Assembly (NCBI GenBank): GCA_964503465.1
Contig: CAZCYZ010000004.1
Coordinates: forward strand, 16,235 to 80,234
DNA length: 64,000 bases
Direction of reading: 5' to 3'
Origin: an uncultured Gammaproteobacteria bacterium
GTDB taxonomy: Bacteria; Patescibacteriota; Microgenomatia; UBA12405
Shown here: in pieces, positions 55,870 through 64,000 of the stretch
How positions within the stretch are numbered: position 1 is the first letter of the stretch
How the letters are laid out: every line of letters begins with the position of its first letter
Program-made: the position numbers and the translations under genes
The notes under the pieces: model-generated
What the model saw: only the letters and a program-made list of their open reading frames with translations
Databases searched by the model: none
Told to the model about the DNA's origin: nothing

Positions 55870-58800
55870 GTGGTTGGCGTAAAAGAAAAAAAAAGGACAA
55901 ATTTGTTTGCCTTTGGTGATAATACTCCGGTAGCTTATGCAACAATTGGAGATCTAATTTCGGCACTCGAGGAATTAAGAGATATACGGGCTAGAGGAGA
56001 ATATGTGTATGATGCCCAATACGAAGATCTACGAAGAATGGTGGGGCGGGTGTTGGGAAGAGGCGATGTAAAACTTTTTGGGGAAATAAAAAAAGTTGAT
56101 GAATATATTTGGGACTTAAAAGCACTAGGAAATCCTGAAACACCAATTGCAGAAGAACCAGTGGTAGTGGAGACAGAGAAAGAGTTAGGGTCGAAAGCAG
56201 TAGACCCATATGTATTAAGACAATTACTGAGGGACTTGGATGAACACGAAGCAAAACTTGATTTGGAAGCGGAATCGGAAAGGTTGGGGAGAAGATATGG
56301 GGTACCAAAGCAAACAGTAAAGGATTTGATTGCTGAAAAACTGAAAATACAAGCTCGACTGAAAGAGGAATTGCTAAGAGAAAATCCAACAATGGAGCCA
56401 GAAATGGCAGAGATTGTAGCCGACGAACAGAGCGAAATGGAGATGGCGGTGAGGGCAGAGTTGGAAGAAGCAATGGTGGCGGGAGGACAAGTAGAGGAAG
56501 TAATAAGAGTCACAGAAGAGACGGTGGCAAAACTGGTGGAAGAGCCAGAGGCGGAATGGATACAGATAGAAAAGGAGGGTCTGAGGAAATTAAAATTAAC
56601 CGAAGCACAGCGGGAACAGATTAGGGAATTAATAGAAGAAGTAGCAATAGAAACCGTGGTGGCCCAGAAAACCGAAAAAACGGTTGAAGGGCTGTTAAAT
56701 AGAGTGGGGGAAGGAGAGTTATTACCAGGGGTGGTAATAAGTCCAACTTTGAAAGACGACTTGACGGAGATTGTGGAAACAGCAATAAACAATGACCCAA
56801 CAGCGGCGGAAATGGAGATGGTTCAGATGTTGGAAACGCAGGCTGGAAAAGTAATACCTGAGGCGGTGAAAGTGGAAGTAAGGGTGGCGGTAGCTGAAAT
56901 GAGACGATTTGGAGAGGAACACCCAAGAATAGCCGAAGAGCACGAGTTGATAGAGACAAGAAAAGAGGTGATAGCGGATTTTGTAGCGGTAAATGGAGAG
57001 TTGGACGAAGAACAAAGATCATTGGTGGAAGAATATGTGGATGGTTATGTCGGGTGGTGTAGAGCGATTGAGCCAATACGAATAAAAACAGAAGAGGTTG
57101 AGACAACAGATAAAGAAACGGAAGAATCAGAGGGGGGAGGGAGATTAACGAAGACGCAAATAGAACAAGGAATACCAAGAGTGGAAACACTAATGCGAGT
57201 AATAAGGACACCCCAAAATATTTATCAAAAATTGATAAATATCAGAACAAGATTGGAACGGGCCGGGGTGAAAGTTCCGGCGGTTTTTAACAAAAATATC
57301 CGATTCGAAACGTTTGAACGAATAAACAAGATGGTAATGGAAAACCCGGCGGTGGAGAAATTACTTTACTTTGCTCAAAAAAGAGAGGCCTTGGGGCTAG
57401 CAATACGGACTGGAGTAAGAGTGGCAGCGGTTAATACGCTATTAAAAATAGGGGCACCGGCGATGGCAGGAAAGGTGTTGGGCTGGGTTGGGGTTGAAAC
57501 TATTGGAAAATGGACCGTGGAGGGGTTTGTCAAGTTGTCATTGCGAGCAATAAGAAGATATGGAGTGGAGCAAGGGGTTGGTTTGATGATAAAAGCAGTG
57601 GCAACAAGGACAGCGGCAAAAATGGCGGCAGGGACGGTGGGAAAGGTGGCATTGGAAGCAGTAATAGTGGCCTTGGGAGGAGCAACGGGGCCTCCGGGAT
57701 GGGTAATAACACTAATACTAATAGGATTGGATATTGCCTGGCAGGCGGTGAAATTTGTTTTCAAAAGAGTAAAAGCATTTTTTGATAAAATTTCGGAAGG
57801 ATTGGGTCTTGACACTCCATGGCTTGACAGTTTGCTGAGAGACAATTTTGGAAAATTTGGAGGATCAATAGTAAAGAATGTGGGAACAATGGCAGCGATG
57901 GCAGTTGGCCTACTGGTGGCAATTCCAACAGCGTTAATGGCAATACCATCGACAATAATAGGATTAATAGTAGTACTAGTAATAGTGGTGCCATTGGTGG
58001 CTACCCAATTGTTGACAGCGCCGCAAGTAGCGATGCTGGTGCCACCACCAATGGGTGGAGGGTGTGTAAGAGTAATTGATGGCGCGGCAGAAAACGGAGA
58101 AGCAAACTGCCCAAGGGGGCTACCAGAACAGACGGCAGAGGGGGTAGACAGAGAAAACTATTTTAGATTGGCAGATCAGTGGAAGAGTGGTAAAAATCAT
58201 GCCAGAGAGTGCTTCGATGCAGTGGTGTGCAAGTCGAAAGCAGCAGGAATTCTGCCGGCTTGGTCGTTATGGGCCTGGTTGCATGAATCGGATGCAAGTA
58301 ATTATTCGCACGGGGAAGTAGAAGATTTTGGAATACACACTGGAGGGGTACCAAACAATGATTTCAATGCTCAACTAGAAAAGTTTTTGGAAATGGATCA
58401 TGGAGCATCGTGTGGTGGGGATTATTGGCTGGGGTTTGCGTCGATGTATTTGAATGGGACATGTGACCCAGACCAACCACATGTAACAAGTGGTCAAACA
58501 GGAAGACAATATTATGAGGAACTACAACAAACATGGGCCTGGGTAACAAACGGAGCACCACTACCAAACTCGATTCATGTATCACCAAGTGGAGGAAGTT
58601 GTGAGGGTGACACAAACCTAGCCAGAGGTGGAGTGCGAATAACGGATGAAAATGGACAAGAATGGTTGTGTGCTGATGAAGAAACGGCAGGAGGAATGAG
58701 TAATAGTATCGTAGCACCACCATGGGTACCAATGGGAGAGATCCCCGAAGGGTGTCCAAATAGGCTGCCGGCCAATAGCGGATACTTTACCCAAGGACCA

Positions 58801-59214
58801 TTTGCGCCTAACTGTAGTCATGAACACATGAGTTCGGCGGCGATCGATATTGGAATTGGAGGCGGATCGGAAATCGTAGCCACACATCCAGGAATAGTTA
58901 AGTTTGGTGAGAGTTATGATGCGATTTATGGTTATTATGTTGACGTGTTGGGTAAATGTGAGGGGAAAGAGTTCTTTACTAGATATGCTCACATGCCAAG
59001 TTTTCCGAATATTCAAAATGGAGCGCAAGTAAATGCAGGAGATTACATTGGGCAGGTTGACACTACGGGCTCATCAACAGGGAACCATATTCACTATCAC
59101 ATTAACGGGCTGGACAAATCTTATTTTGGACAATATTTGGGGTTGGATGAGGCGACAACGGCACAATTGTGGGGATGTTGTGGAGTGGAATGGAATGGAA
59201 AAGCCTGTCCCTGA
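55870..59214 (+). CDS. giant T4SS-associated protein: acidic coiled-coil N-region, polytopic TM block, C-terminal M23 (LytM-like) peptidoglycan peptidase
   Basis: C-terminus FTRYAHMPS...GDYIGQVDTTGSSTGNHIHYHI matches the M23 YAHL...G.TG.STGPHLHFE block. An upstream WLHESDASNYSHG may be lysozyme/SLT-like. About 6 TM between aa 480 and 720. Confidence 0.65.
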   Translation: MVGVKEKKRTNLFAFGDNTPVAYATIGDLISALEELRDIRARGEYVYDAQYEDLRRMVGRVLGRGDVKLFGEIKKVDEYIWDLKALGNPETPIAEEPVVVETEKELGSKAVDPYVLRQLLRDLDEHEAKLDLEAESERLGRRYGVPKQTVKDLIAEKLKIQARLKEELLRENPTMEPEMAEIVADEQSEMEMAVRAELEEAMVAGGQVEEVIRVTEETVAKLVEEPEAEWIQIEKEGLRKLKLTEAQREQIRELIEEVAIETVVAQKTEKTVEGLLNRVGEGELLPGVVISPTLKDDLTEIVETAINNDPTAAEMEMVQMLETQAGKVIPEAVKVEVRVAVAEMRRFGEEHPRIAEEHELIETRKEVIADFVAVNGELDEEQRSLVEEYVDGYVGWCRAIEPIRIKTEEVETTDKETEESEGGGRLTKTQIEQGIPRVETLMRVIRTPQNIYQKLINIRTRLERAGVKVPAVFNKNIRFETFERINKMVMENPAVEKLLYFAQKREALGLAIRTGVRVAAVNTLLKIGAPAMAGKVLGWVGVETIGKWTVEGFVKLSLRAIRRYGVEQGVGLMIKAVATRTAAKMAAGTVGKVALEAVIVALGGATGPPGWVITLILIGLDIAWQAVKFVFKRVKAFFDKISEGLGLDTPWLDSLLRDNFGKFGGSIVKNVGTMAAMAVGLLVAIPTALMAIPSTIIGLIVVLVIVVPLVATQLLTAPQVAMLVPPPMGGGCVRVIDGAAENGEANCPRGLPEQTAEGVDRENYFRLADQWKSGKNHARECFDAVVCKSKAAGILPAWSLWAWLHESDASNYSHGEVEDFGIHTGGVPNNDFNAQLEKFLEMDHGASCGGDYWLGFASMYLNGTCDPDQPHVTSGQTGRQYYEELQQTWAWVTNGAPLPNSIHVSPSGGSCEGDTNLARGGVRITDENGQEWLCADEETAGGMSNSIVAPPWVPMGEIPEGCPNRLPANSGYFTQGPFAPNCSHEHMSSAAIDIGIGGGSEIVATHPGIVKFGESYDAIYGYYVDVLGKCEGKEFFTRYAHMPSFPNIQNGAQVNAGDYIGQVDTTGSSTGNHIHYHINGLDKSYFGQYLGLDEATTAQLWGCCGVEWNGKACP

Positions 59215-59232
59215 TAGCGTAAACTAGAGAAG

Positions 59233-60186
59233 ATGAGGAACAAAAAAGTGGTGGTCATAACAATGCTAGCGGTAGTGGTGGTGTTGGCGATAATTAGTTT
59301 GATGGCGAGGAAGAAAAACGGAGGACAAAAAGAAACACCAGTGGCGATGCCAACAGTAATCAGAAAAAGATTACCAACAAAGTTTGACTTTTCACAACCA
59401 AAAAGTATTGGCTGGAACTTTAAAGAACCAAACAGAGTGGAAAAAATAGACAAGTTGGCGATAGAGAAAGCTGCAATTAACCTTCAAATAATAAAAAAAA
59501 TGTTGGCAATAGTGGGCTTAAATGAGGGTCAGAAAACTTTGGAAAAAAATGGATTAATAAACTTTGGTGACGGAAAAAATAAAAGCGCTTATTTTGACGT
59601 ATATAACAATAAGTTTAGCTATAGCGAGATAATTAGTAGTCGTGATCAGATAAAAGACAAGGGCGAACCGATGGCGGGTGATTGGGAAAACAAAATTAGA
59701 AAGACAATGGGATTGGAAGGGGTAGAAATCAGGGTGGTGTCAAGAGAATATAAGAAGATTGTTAACCCAAGGTGGGTAACAACAACCGAGAGCGAAGCGG
59801 AGGCAACGGAAATCAGGGCTAATTACTATTGGGGTGATTATCCCCTACTGGGTTTTGCGGGCGAACCGATGACAGTATTAGTGTCAAAGACTGGAAGAAT
59901 ATTGAAGATGGAGGTAGAGATACTTGGTAAAGTGACGATGAATGAAGAGACAGAATTGATAACAGGTGAAGATCTAAAAAAAATTGGGGCAAGTGGAGCG
60001 TGGCTGTGGAAGGTTGATGGAGATACGGAAAACGAAGACGTGGGGGCGGTGACAATAACTGGGGTGAGTTTGGGGTATATTTACAACCCAGAGGGAGTGG
60101 TGGGAGCATATTGGATAGGAGAAGGAAATGGAATATTGGGATCAAAACCAGTAAAAGTTAAAGTGATCGTACCAGCAGAAAAATGA
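59233..60186 (+). CDS. bitopic membrane protein (N-terminal TM plus extracytoplasmic domain), possible VirB8-like
   Basis: MRNKKVVVITMLAVVVVLAIISL anchor; operonic with the T4SS genes. Confidence 0.3.
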   Translation: MRNKKVVVITMLAVVVVLAIISLMARKKNGGQKETPVAMPTVIRKRLPTKFDFSQPKSIGWNFKEPNRVEKIDKLAIEKAAINLQIIKKMLAIVGLNEGQKTLEKNGLINFGDGKNKSAYFDVYNNKFSYSEIISSRDQIKDKGEPMAGDWENKIRKTMGLEGVEIRVVSREYKKIVNPRWVTTTESEAEATEIRANYYWGDYPLLGFAGEPMTVLVSKTGRILKMEVEILGKVTMNEETELITGEDLKKIGASGAWLWKVDGDTENEDVGAVTITGVSLGYIYNPEGVVGAYWIGEGNGILGSKPVKVKVIVPAEK

Positions 60187-60530
60187 AAAAATATGGATTG
60201 GTAATATGGCTGATGATGGTAGTAGTAACAATGGCGGTGGTTAAGTGGCGTTATGGGTCGTCGAGAGGTGAAGAGGTGGTTCAAATAACACCAACACCGA
60301 CACCAATAATGGAGCCAACGACATCAATTAAAGAAGAGGATTACCCATTGTGGAAACTGCTCCCCTACTCGGGAGTGGGTTTTACGGTCGACAGATATAT
60401 AGAGCCATTGACATTGGTGGTGCTAATTAAAGGATTGGATAAACAAATTGTGACTGAAGAGATTGGAAAATGGATGGAGGAAAACGGGGTGAATCCAGAA
60501 ACACATAAGATAGTAATTAGTAATCAGTGA
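60183..60530 (+). CDS. small bitopic membrane protein
   Basis: N-terminal TM; overlaps the upstream stop. Confidence 0.35.
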   Translation: MKKYGLVIWLMMVVVTMAVVKWRYGSSRGEEVVQITPTPTPIMEPTTSIKEEDYPLWKLLPYSGVGFTVDRYIEPLTLVVLIKGLDKQIVTEEIGKWMEENGVNPETHKIVISNQ

Positions 60531-60554
60531 TCAATTAACAGTTAAAATAAAATA

Positions 60555-60839
60555 ATGAAAAAAATAATGCTAGCAGCAATAATAATTAGTGGTTTAATGT
60601 TTGGTGGGTGTGGAACAACGACCGAGAACAGTCAACAGAGGATAGAACAAAATGTAGTAACAAAAGAAGGAGTGGTACAGACAAAAATTGGGGACGAATA
60701 CGTACTAAAGACGGATTCGGAATTAGTTAATATGACGAGTAACAAAGTAAACCTTGACGACTATATGAAGAAACAGGTAAAGGTAACAGGGATGTTTTCT
60801 GGATCGACGCTGTATGTGGACAGGGTAGAAGAAAACTAG
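60555..60839 (+). CDS. small lipoprotein
   Basis: MKKIMLAAIIISGLMFGGCG lipobox. Confidence 0.45.
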   Translation: MKKIMLAAIIISGLMFGGCGTTTENSQQRIEQNVVTKEGVVQTKIGDEYVLKTDSELVNMTSNKVNLDDYMKKQVKVTGMFSGSTLYVDRVEEN

Positions 60840-61435
60840 AGAGGAACTTCTGTTGGAGCAGAAGAGGGATTGAGTATCCGCTGAAGTTCTGCGAGGAGAA
60901 TATCAGCTTTTTCGCCGGAGAGAGGCAGTCCGTTATTTTGCCCGAGAGCAGTGATATTCATAGCCTGAGTTGACGAATCAAGAAGATCAATCCTAAAAGC
61001 ACTCTTTGAAAGCGAGGTGTCGACACCTTCAAGTTTAATAGTTGTGACACCAGGACTGGAGGTTGGATTTCTACCAATAACTACACTTAACTCCGAGGTG
61101 GTGGGGCAATAATGTTGCTGGACCGCAAGAGTGTTAGGATGGTCCTGGTTGCCTGGAAAGATTGATAGAATGGAAAGTCCGGGAGCGGATGAATCTGGTA
61201 AAAATACAGGCTGAAGAATCAGTAGACCTTTTTGGTCAGCGAGTGGAACCGAGATGGCGGTGGTTTTGAGGGGGAGCAACTTAGGCTGATGATCGATACC
61301 AGATATCCATGAGCCCGCCTCTTCTTCATAAGAGAATATCCCGGTAATGGCTCTGGTAATACCTATCCAGGCTGAAACATCAATGCCCGCAACTGTATCA
61401 CCCGAGATGAAGCGCTGTTCGGAATATGTCAACAT
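60836..61435 (-). CDS. hypothetical protein downstream of dnaN
   Basis: Start trimmed to MLTYSEQRF so that it does not overlap dnaN. No family assigned and no RecF Walker A. Confidence 0.35.
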   Translation of the reverse strand: MLTYSEQRFISGDTVAGIDVSAWIGITRAITGIFSYEEEAGSWISGIDHQPKLLPLKTTAISVPLADQKGLLILQPVFLPDSSAPGLSILSIFPGNQDHPNTLAVQQHYCPTTSELSVVIGRNPTSSPGVTTIKLEGVDTSLSKSAFRIDLLDSSTQAMNITALGQNNGLPLSGEKADILLAELQRILNPSSAPTEVPL

Positions 61436-61442
61436 AGAATTA

Positions 61443-62570
61443 TTAATCTTGTAACCTAACAGGCATGATGATGTGGGTGAAAGAGGGGTCGGAGGTGTCG
61501 TGAAAAAAACCTGGAGTGAGGGCTTGATTGAGCTCGATGACAACATCCTTGCCTTGATTGATGGCTAAGAAGTCGGTAATAAATTTGTAATTAAAAGCAA
61601 TTTCGAGTGGTTCACCTTCAAGTTTTGATTCAAGAGTAACTTGGTTTTGGCCAACCTGAGGAGCATTAGCAGATAACTCAAGAGAAGATTTTTTGATTTT
61701 AAAGCGAACAACATTGGCCGACTGACGAGCAAAAACAGATGCAATTTTAATTGATTGAGAAAATTCTTCACGGTCAAGGGTAATTTTGGTAGTGTAACTG
61801 TCGGGGATAATACGTTGATAATCGGGAAACTCACCTTCGATAAGACGAGAAACTAATTCAACGTCATTAAGAACAAAAACAATTTGATGTTCATCGGTGG
61901 TAGGTCCGAGAGTAATTTTTTGGGTGCCTTTGCTTAACTTGGTGACTTCAGAGAGACTGCGGGCTGGAATAAGATACGAAACACCATTGGTGGCTCCATC
62001 TTTTAATTTGAGAGGGTTGGTGAGGTGGATGGTTTTGAGAGAAAGACGAAAACCATCAGTGGCAACTAAAGTAAGACTGTCGGCCGTAAAATGACAAAGG
62101 ACAGCAGTGAGAACTGGACGAGAGTCGTCAGTGGCGGCAGCAAAAACGACTTGGGATATAGCCCTGTCAATAAGAGAAAGATCAAGATCAAAACTAGTTT
62201 TGGGGTTGATAGAAGGAATGAGAGGAAAATCAGCAGGAGGAGTAGTAGTAAAAGAGGATTGTGATTTGGAAGACGAAAGATGGAGGAGATGATGATCGTC
62301 TAGTTCAAGGTCGACACGACCGGTAGGAAGATAGGAAACATACTCGGCAATTTCGTGAGAAGGAAGAGTGAATTGGCCTTCGGAGTCTATTTTGGCACCA
62401 ATCCAGTAATTAATACCAAGTTCAAGGTTGGTGGCAGATAGTTTGAGACGGCCAGAATCAGTAGAGAGAAGAATGTTGCCCAAGATTGGAAGTTGGGGTC
62501 GAGAAGCAGTAAAACGAGAAACATTTTGAAGAGCAAGATTGAAATTTTCTTGAAGAAGGGAAAGTTTCAT
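61443..62570 (-). CDS. dnaN: DNA polymerase III beta sliding clamp
   Basis: 375 aa; MKLSLLQENFNLALQNVSRF N-terminus with a three-domain beta-clamp architecture. Confidence 0.9.
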   Translation of the reverse strand: MKLSLLQENFNLALQNVSRFTASRPQLPILGNILLSTDSGRLKLSATNLELGINYWIGAKIDSEGQFTLPSHEIAEYVSYLPTGRVDLELDDHHLLHLSSSKSQSSFTTTPPADFPLIPSINPKTSFDLDLSLIDRAISQVVFAAATDDSRPVLTAVLCHFTADSLTLVATDGFRLSLKTIHLTNPLKLKDGATNGVSYLIPARSLSEVTKLSKGTQKITLGPTTDEHQIVFVLNDVELVSRLIEGEFPDYQRIIPDSYTTKITLDREEFSQSIKIASVFARQSANVVRFKIKKSSLELSANAPQVGQNQVTLESKLEGEPLEIAFNYKFITDFLAINQGKDVVIELNQALTPGFFHDTSDPSFTHIIMPVRLQD

Positions 62571-62852
62571 GCTGGTTAATTCTAATTAATAAGTAATATA
62601 AAGAACAGTAGTGGTATTAGTAGGTGGAGTGGATATGTGAGAGAGTGGAGGCATTAGGTCTTAAGTTTTGGATGAATTAATGAAAACGAATGTTGATAAT
62701 GAACAAAAGGCGGTAAGTTTGTTTTGGAGAAGTAGGTATTGGCTTATAAGTAGTGATGGGTTTTGGGAAAACTTCGGGGGAAAAGATGGAGGGCAATGGT
62801 GGAAAAATCGGTGGATAAGTAAGTTTATTGGTGGAAAAGTGGAGAGAATCAT
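62571..62852. promoter_or_regulatory. dnaA-dnaN intergenic region with DnaA-box-like sites and an AT-rich tract
   Basis: GGTGGATAAG (about 62809-62818; TTATCCACC on the dnaA strand, 8/9 to TTATCCACA) and AGTGGATAT; AT-rich ctaattaataagtaatataaag. Confidence 0.4.
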
Positions 62853-64000
62853 TTAGAGAAGTTGTTTGAGACGGTGGATAAGTTGTTGAGTTTGGGGATT
62901 AGTGGAAAGTTCGGATTGGATTTTGTCACGAGCGTGCATAATGCTGGTGTGGTCGCGACCGCCGAGAAGGTGGCCAACTTCGTCCAAGGGTAGTTTGAGT
63001 TCGGTAAGAAGAAGGTAGGCAGTGAAGTGACGGGCGGTAACCAAGTCTTTTTGACGGATTTTCCCACAAAGATCCCCTGTTTTTAGATTGAAAAACTTGG
63101 CACAAACGGAGATAAGGTGACGAGGGGTGAGGGAAACTGATTGTCGAATATCGATTGTTGATGATGGGTGCAGAAATGATTGAATAAATTCGAGGGAGAC
63201 AGGATTGATTTTCCGAGATTGGGCCTGGAGAAACAATTGTTGAAGTTGGCCTTCAAGTTCGCGAATATTGGAATTGGTGTTTTGGGCCAAGGTTTCGGTG
63301 GCTTCGGGTGAAATATTAACATGAAGTTCGTCAGCCTTTTGGCGAATAATGGCAATTCTGGTTTCGAGATCAGGAGGTTGAATGTCGACGGTTAGACCGC
63401 CAGTGAAACGGGAGACAAGTCGATCTTGAAGATCCTTGATGTCTTGGGGCTTGCGATCGGAGGTAAGAATGATTTGGCGACCGGAGAGATAAAGGGCGTT
63501 GAAAGTGTGAAAAAACTCTTCTTGGATATACTCTTTGCCAGCAATGAACTGAACGTCGTCGACAAGAATACAGTCAGCAGAACGATATTTGTCTTTGAAT
63601 TGGTTGATATTTTTTGAGCGAAGAGCGGAAACAAGTTCATTACCGAAAGTTTCGGCAGGAAAGTACTTGATTTTGAATTGGGGATTACTTTTGAGAAGTT
63701 CCCAACCAATGGCTTGCATGAGGTGGGTTTTGCCGACACCAACGCCGCCCCAAACAAAGAAGGGGTTGTAACTGTTGCCAGGATTTTTGACGATACCTTG
63801 TGCAGCGGCAAAAGCGAAATTGTTGCTGTTGCCAACAATGAAGTTGTCGAAGGTGTAGTGGGGATGAAGGCCAGTTTTGATTCCAGCGTTGGCGGGAGCA
63901 GGACTGAGGTGAGGGGCTTGGGTTTGAGAAAATAAAGGGACAGATGAGAGAGAGTTGTTTTTGATGGGTTCTTGAATAATAAACTCGATAGTGGTGTTGA
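62853..64000 (-). CDS. dnaA: chromosomal replication initiator DnaA (5'-truncated by the window edge)
   Basis: Reverse-frame translation gives ...HPHYTFDNFIVGNSNNFAFAAAQGIVKNPGNSYNPFFVWGGVGVGKTHLMQAIG (Walker A), a sensor region and a C-terminal DNA-binding domain. The frame is open to position 64000. Confidence 0.9.
   Translation of the reverse strand, partial: NTTIEFIIQEPIKNNSLSSVPLFSQTQAPHLSPAPANAGIKTGLHPHYTFDNFIVGNSNNFAFAAAQGIVKNPGNSYNPFFVWGGVGVGKTHLMQAIGWELLKSNPQFKIKYFPAETFGNELVSALRSKNINQFKDKYRSADCILVDDVQFIAGKEYIQEEFFHTFNALYLSGRQIILTSDRKPQDIKDLQDRLVSRFTGGLTVDIQPPDLETRIAIIRQKADELHVNISPEATETLAQNTNSNIRELEGQLQQLFLQAQSRKINPVSLEFIQSFLHPSSTIDIRQSVSLTPRHLISVCAKFFNLKTGDLCGKIRQKDLVTARHFTAYLLLTELKLPLDEVGHLLGGRDHTSIMHARDKIQSELSTNPQTQQLIHRLKQLL

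Noticed and set aside
55935-57211. Long minus-strand ORFs (for example 55935-56792, 56621-57211, 55991-56473) with Ser/Pro/Leu-rich translations
   Set aside because: They are shadow ORFs opposite the GAA/GAG-rich coiled-coil region of the 1114-aa gene; low complexity with no independent signals.
1-64000. CRISPR arrays, IS elements/transposases, integrases, prophage structural genes, rRNA/tRNA
   Set aside because: No regularly spaced direct repeats were found. No DDE transposase, Tyr or Ser recombinase or capsid/terminase-like ORFs were seen. No tRNA cloverleaf was found in any spacer.

Overview
This 64-kb window is most likely a chromosomal segment from a small-genome bacterium. It is about 43-45% GC, uses the standard genetic code (TGA terminates several genes), and is dense in small membrane proteins. 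Weak Shine-Dalgarno signals, multiple GT-C and GT4 glycosyltransferases, an EamA paralog array and a Gram-positive-style T4SS module beside dnaN-dnaA resemble CPR/Patescibacteria (e.g. Saccharibacteria), but that assignment is tentative.

The coding content includes an SOS-type lesion-tolerance cassette (SRAP/YedK-like peptidase, small ORF, Y-family polymerase), IMPase, several methyltransferases, and 3-4 EamA/DMT transporter paralogs around a flavodoxin. There is a SAM-cycle pair (PfkB kinase plus AhcY), malic enzyme, TspO, an Excalibur Ca-binding protein, GT-C and GT4 glycosyltransferases, DUF2207 and QueH. A retron-type reverse transcriptase sits immediately downstream of a candidate msr/msd ncRNA bracketed by a perfect 12-bp inverted repeat. 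Further genes include a SpoU methyltransferase, RNase HII, an unannotated desulforedoxin-like mini-ORF, PepF and PspC. A metal/redox neighbourhood holds a CaCA antiporter, a metallothionein-like 29-aa peptide, a Cys-rich membrane protein with a cupredoxin-like tail, a CopY/BlaI-like repressor, MscL and rubrerythrin. Then come an ECF sigma/anti-sigma pair, MutM, TrxB, an ABC exporter and a 5'-3' exonuclease. A type IV secretion-like module (PrgI/VirB3-like; VirB4 split by an in-frame TGA; a 1114-aa coiled-coil/TM/M23-peptidase protein; small membrane and lipoproteins) lies directly next to dnaN and a 5'-truncated dnaA.

The main oddities are these. A family of about 35-55 bp palindromic elements (core CTCCCCTTGACAGGGGAG) is inserted in frame into at least five protein-coding genes, resembling Rickettsia palindromic elements. 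A sharp switch in strand G/C bias occurs at the repeat-bearing 352-bp spacer 7362-7713, suggesting an origin-like switch point 55 kb from dnaA. There is an AT-rich island at 2580-3904. The retron has no recognisable effector. No CRISPR, IS or transposase, integrase, rRNA or tRNA was seen.
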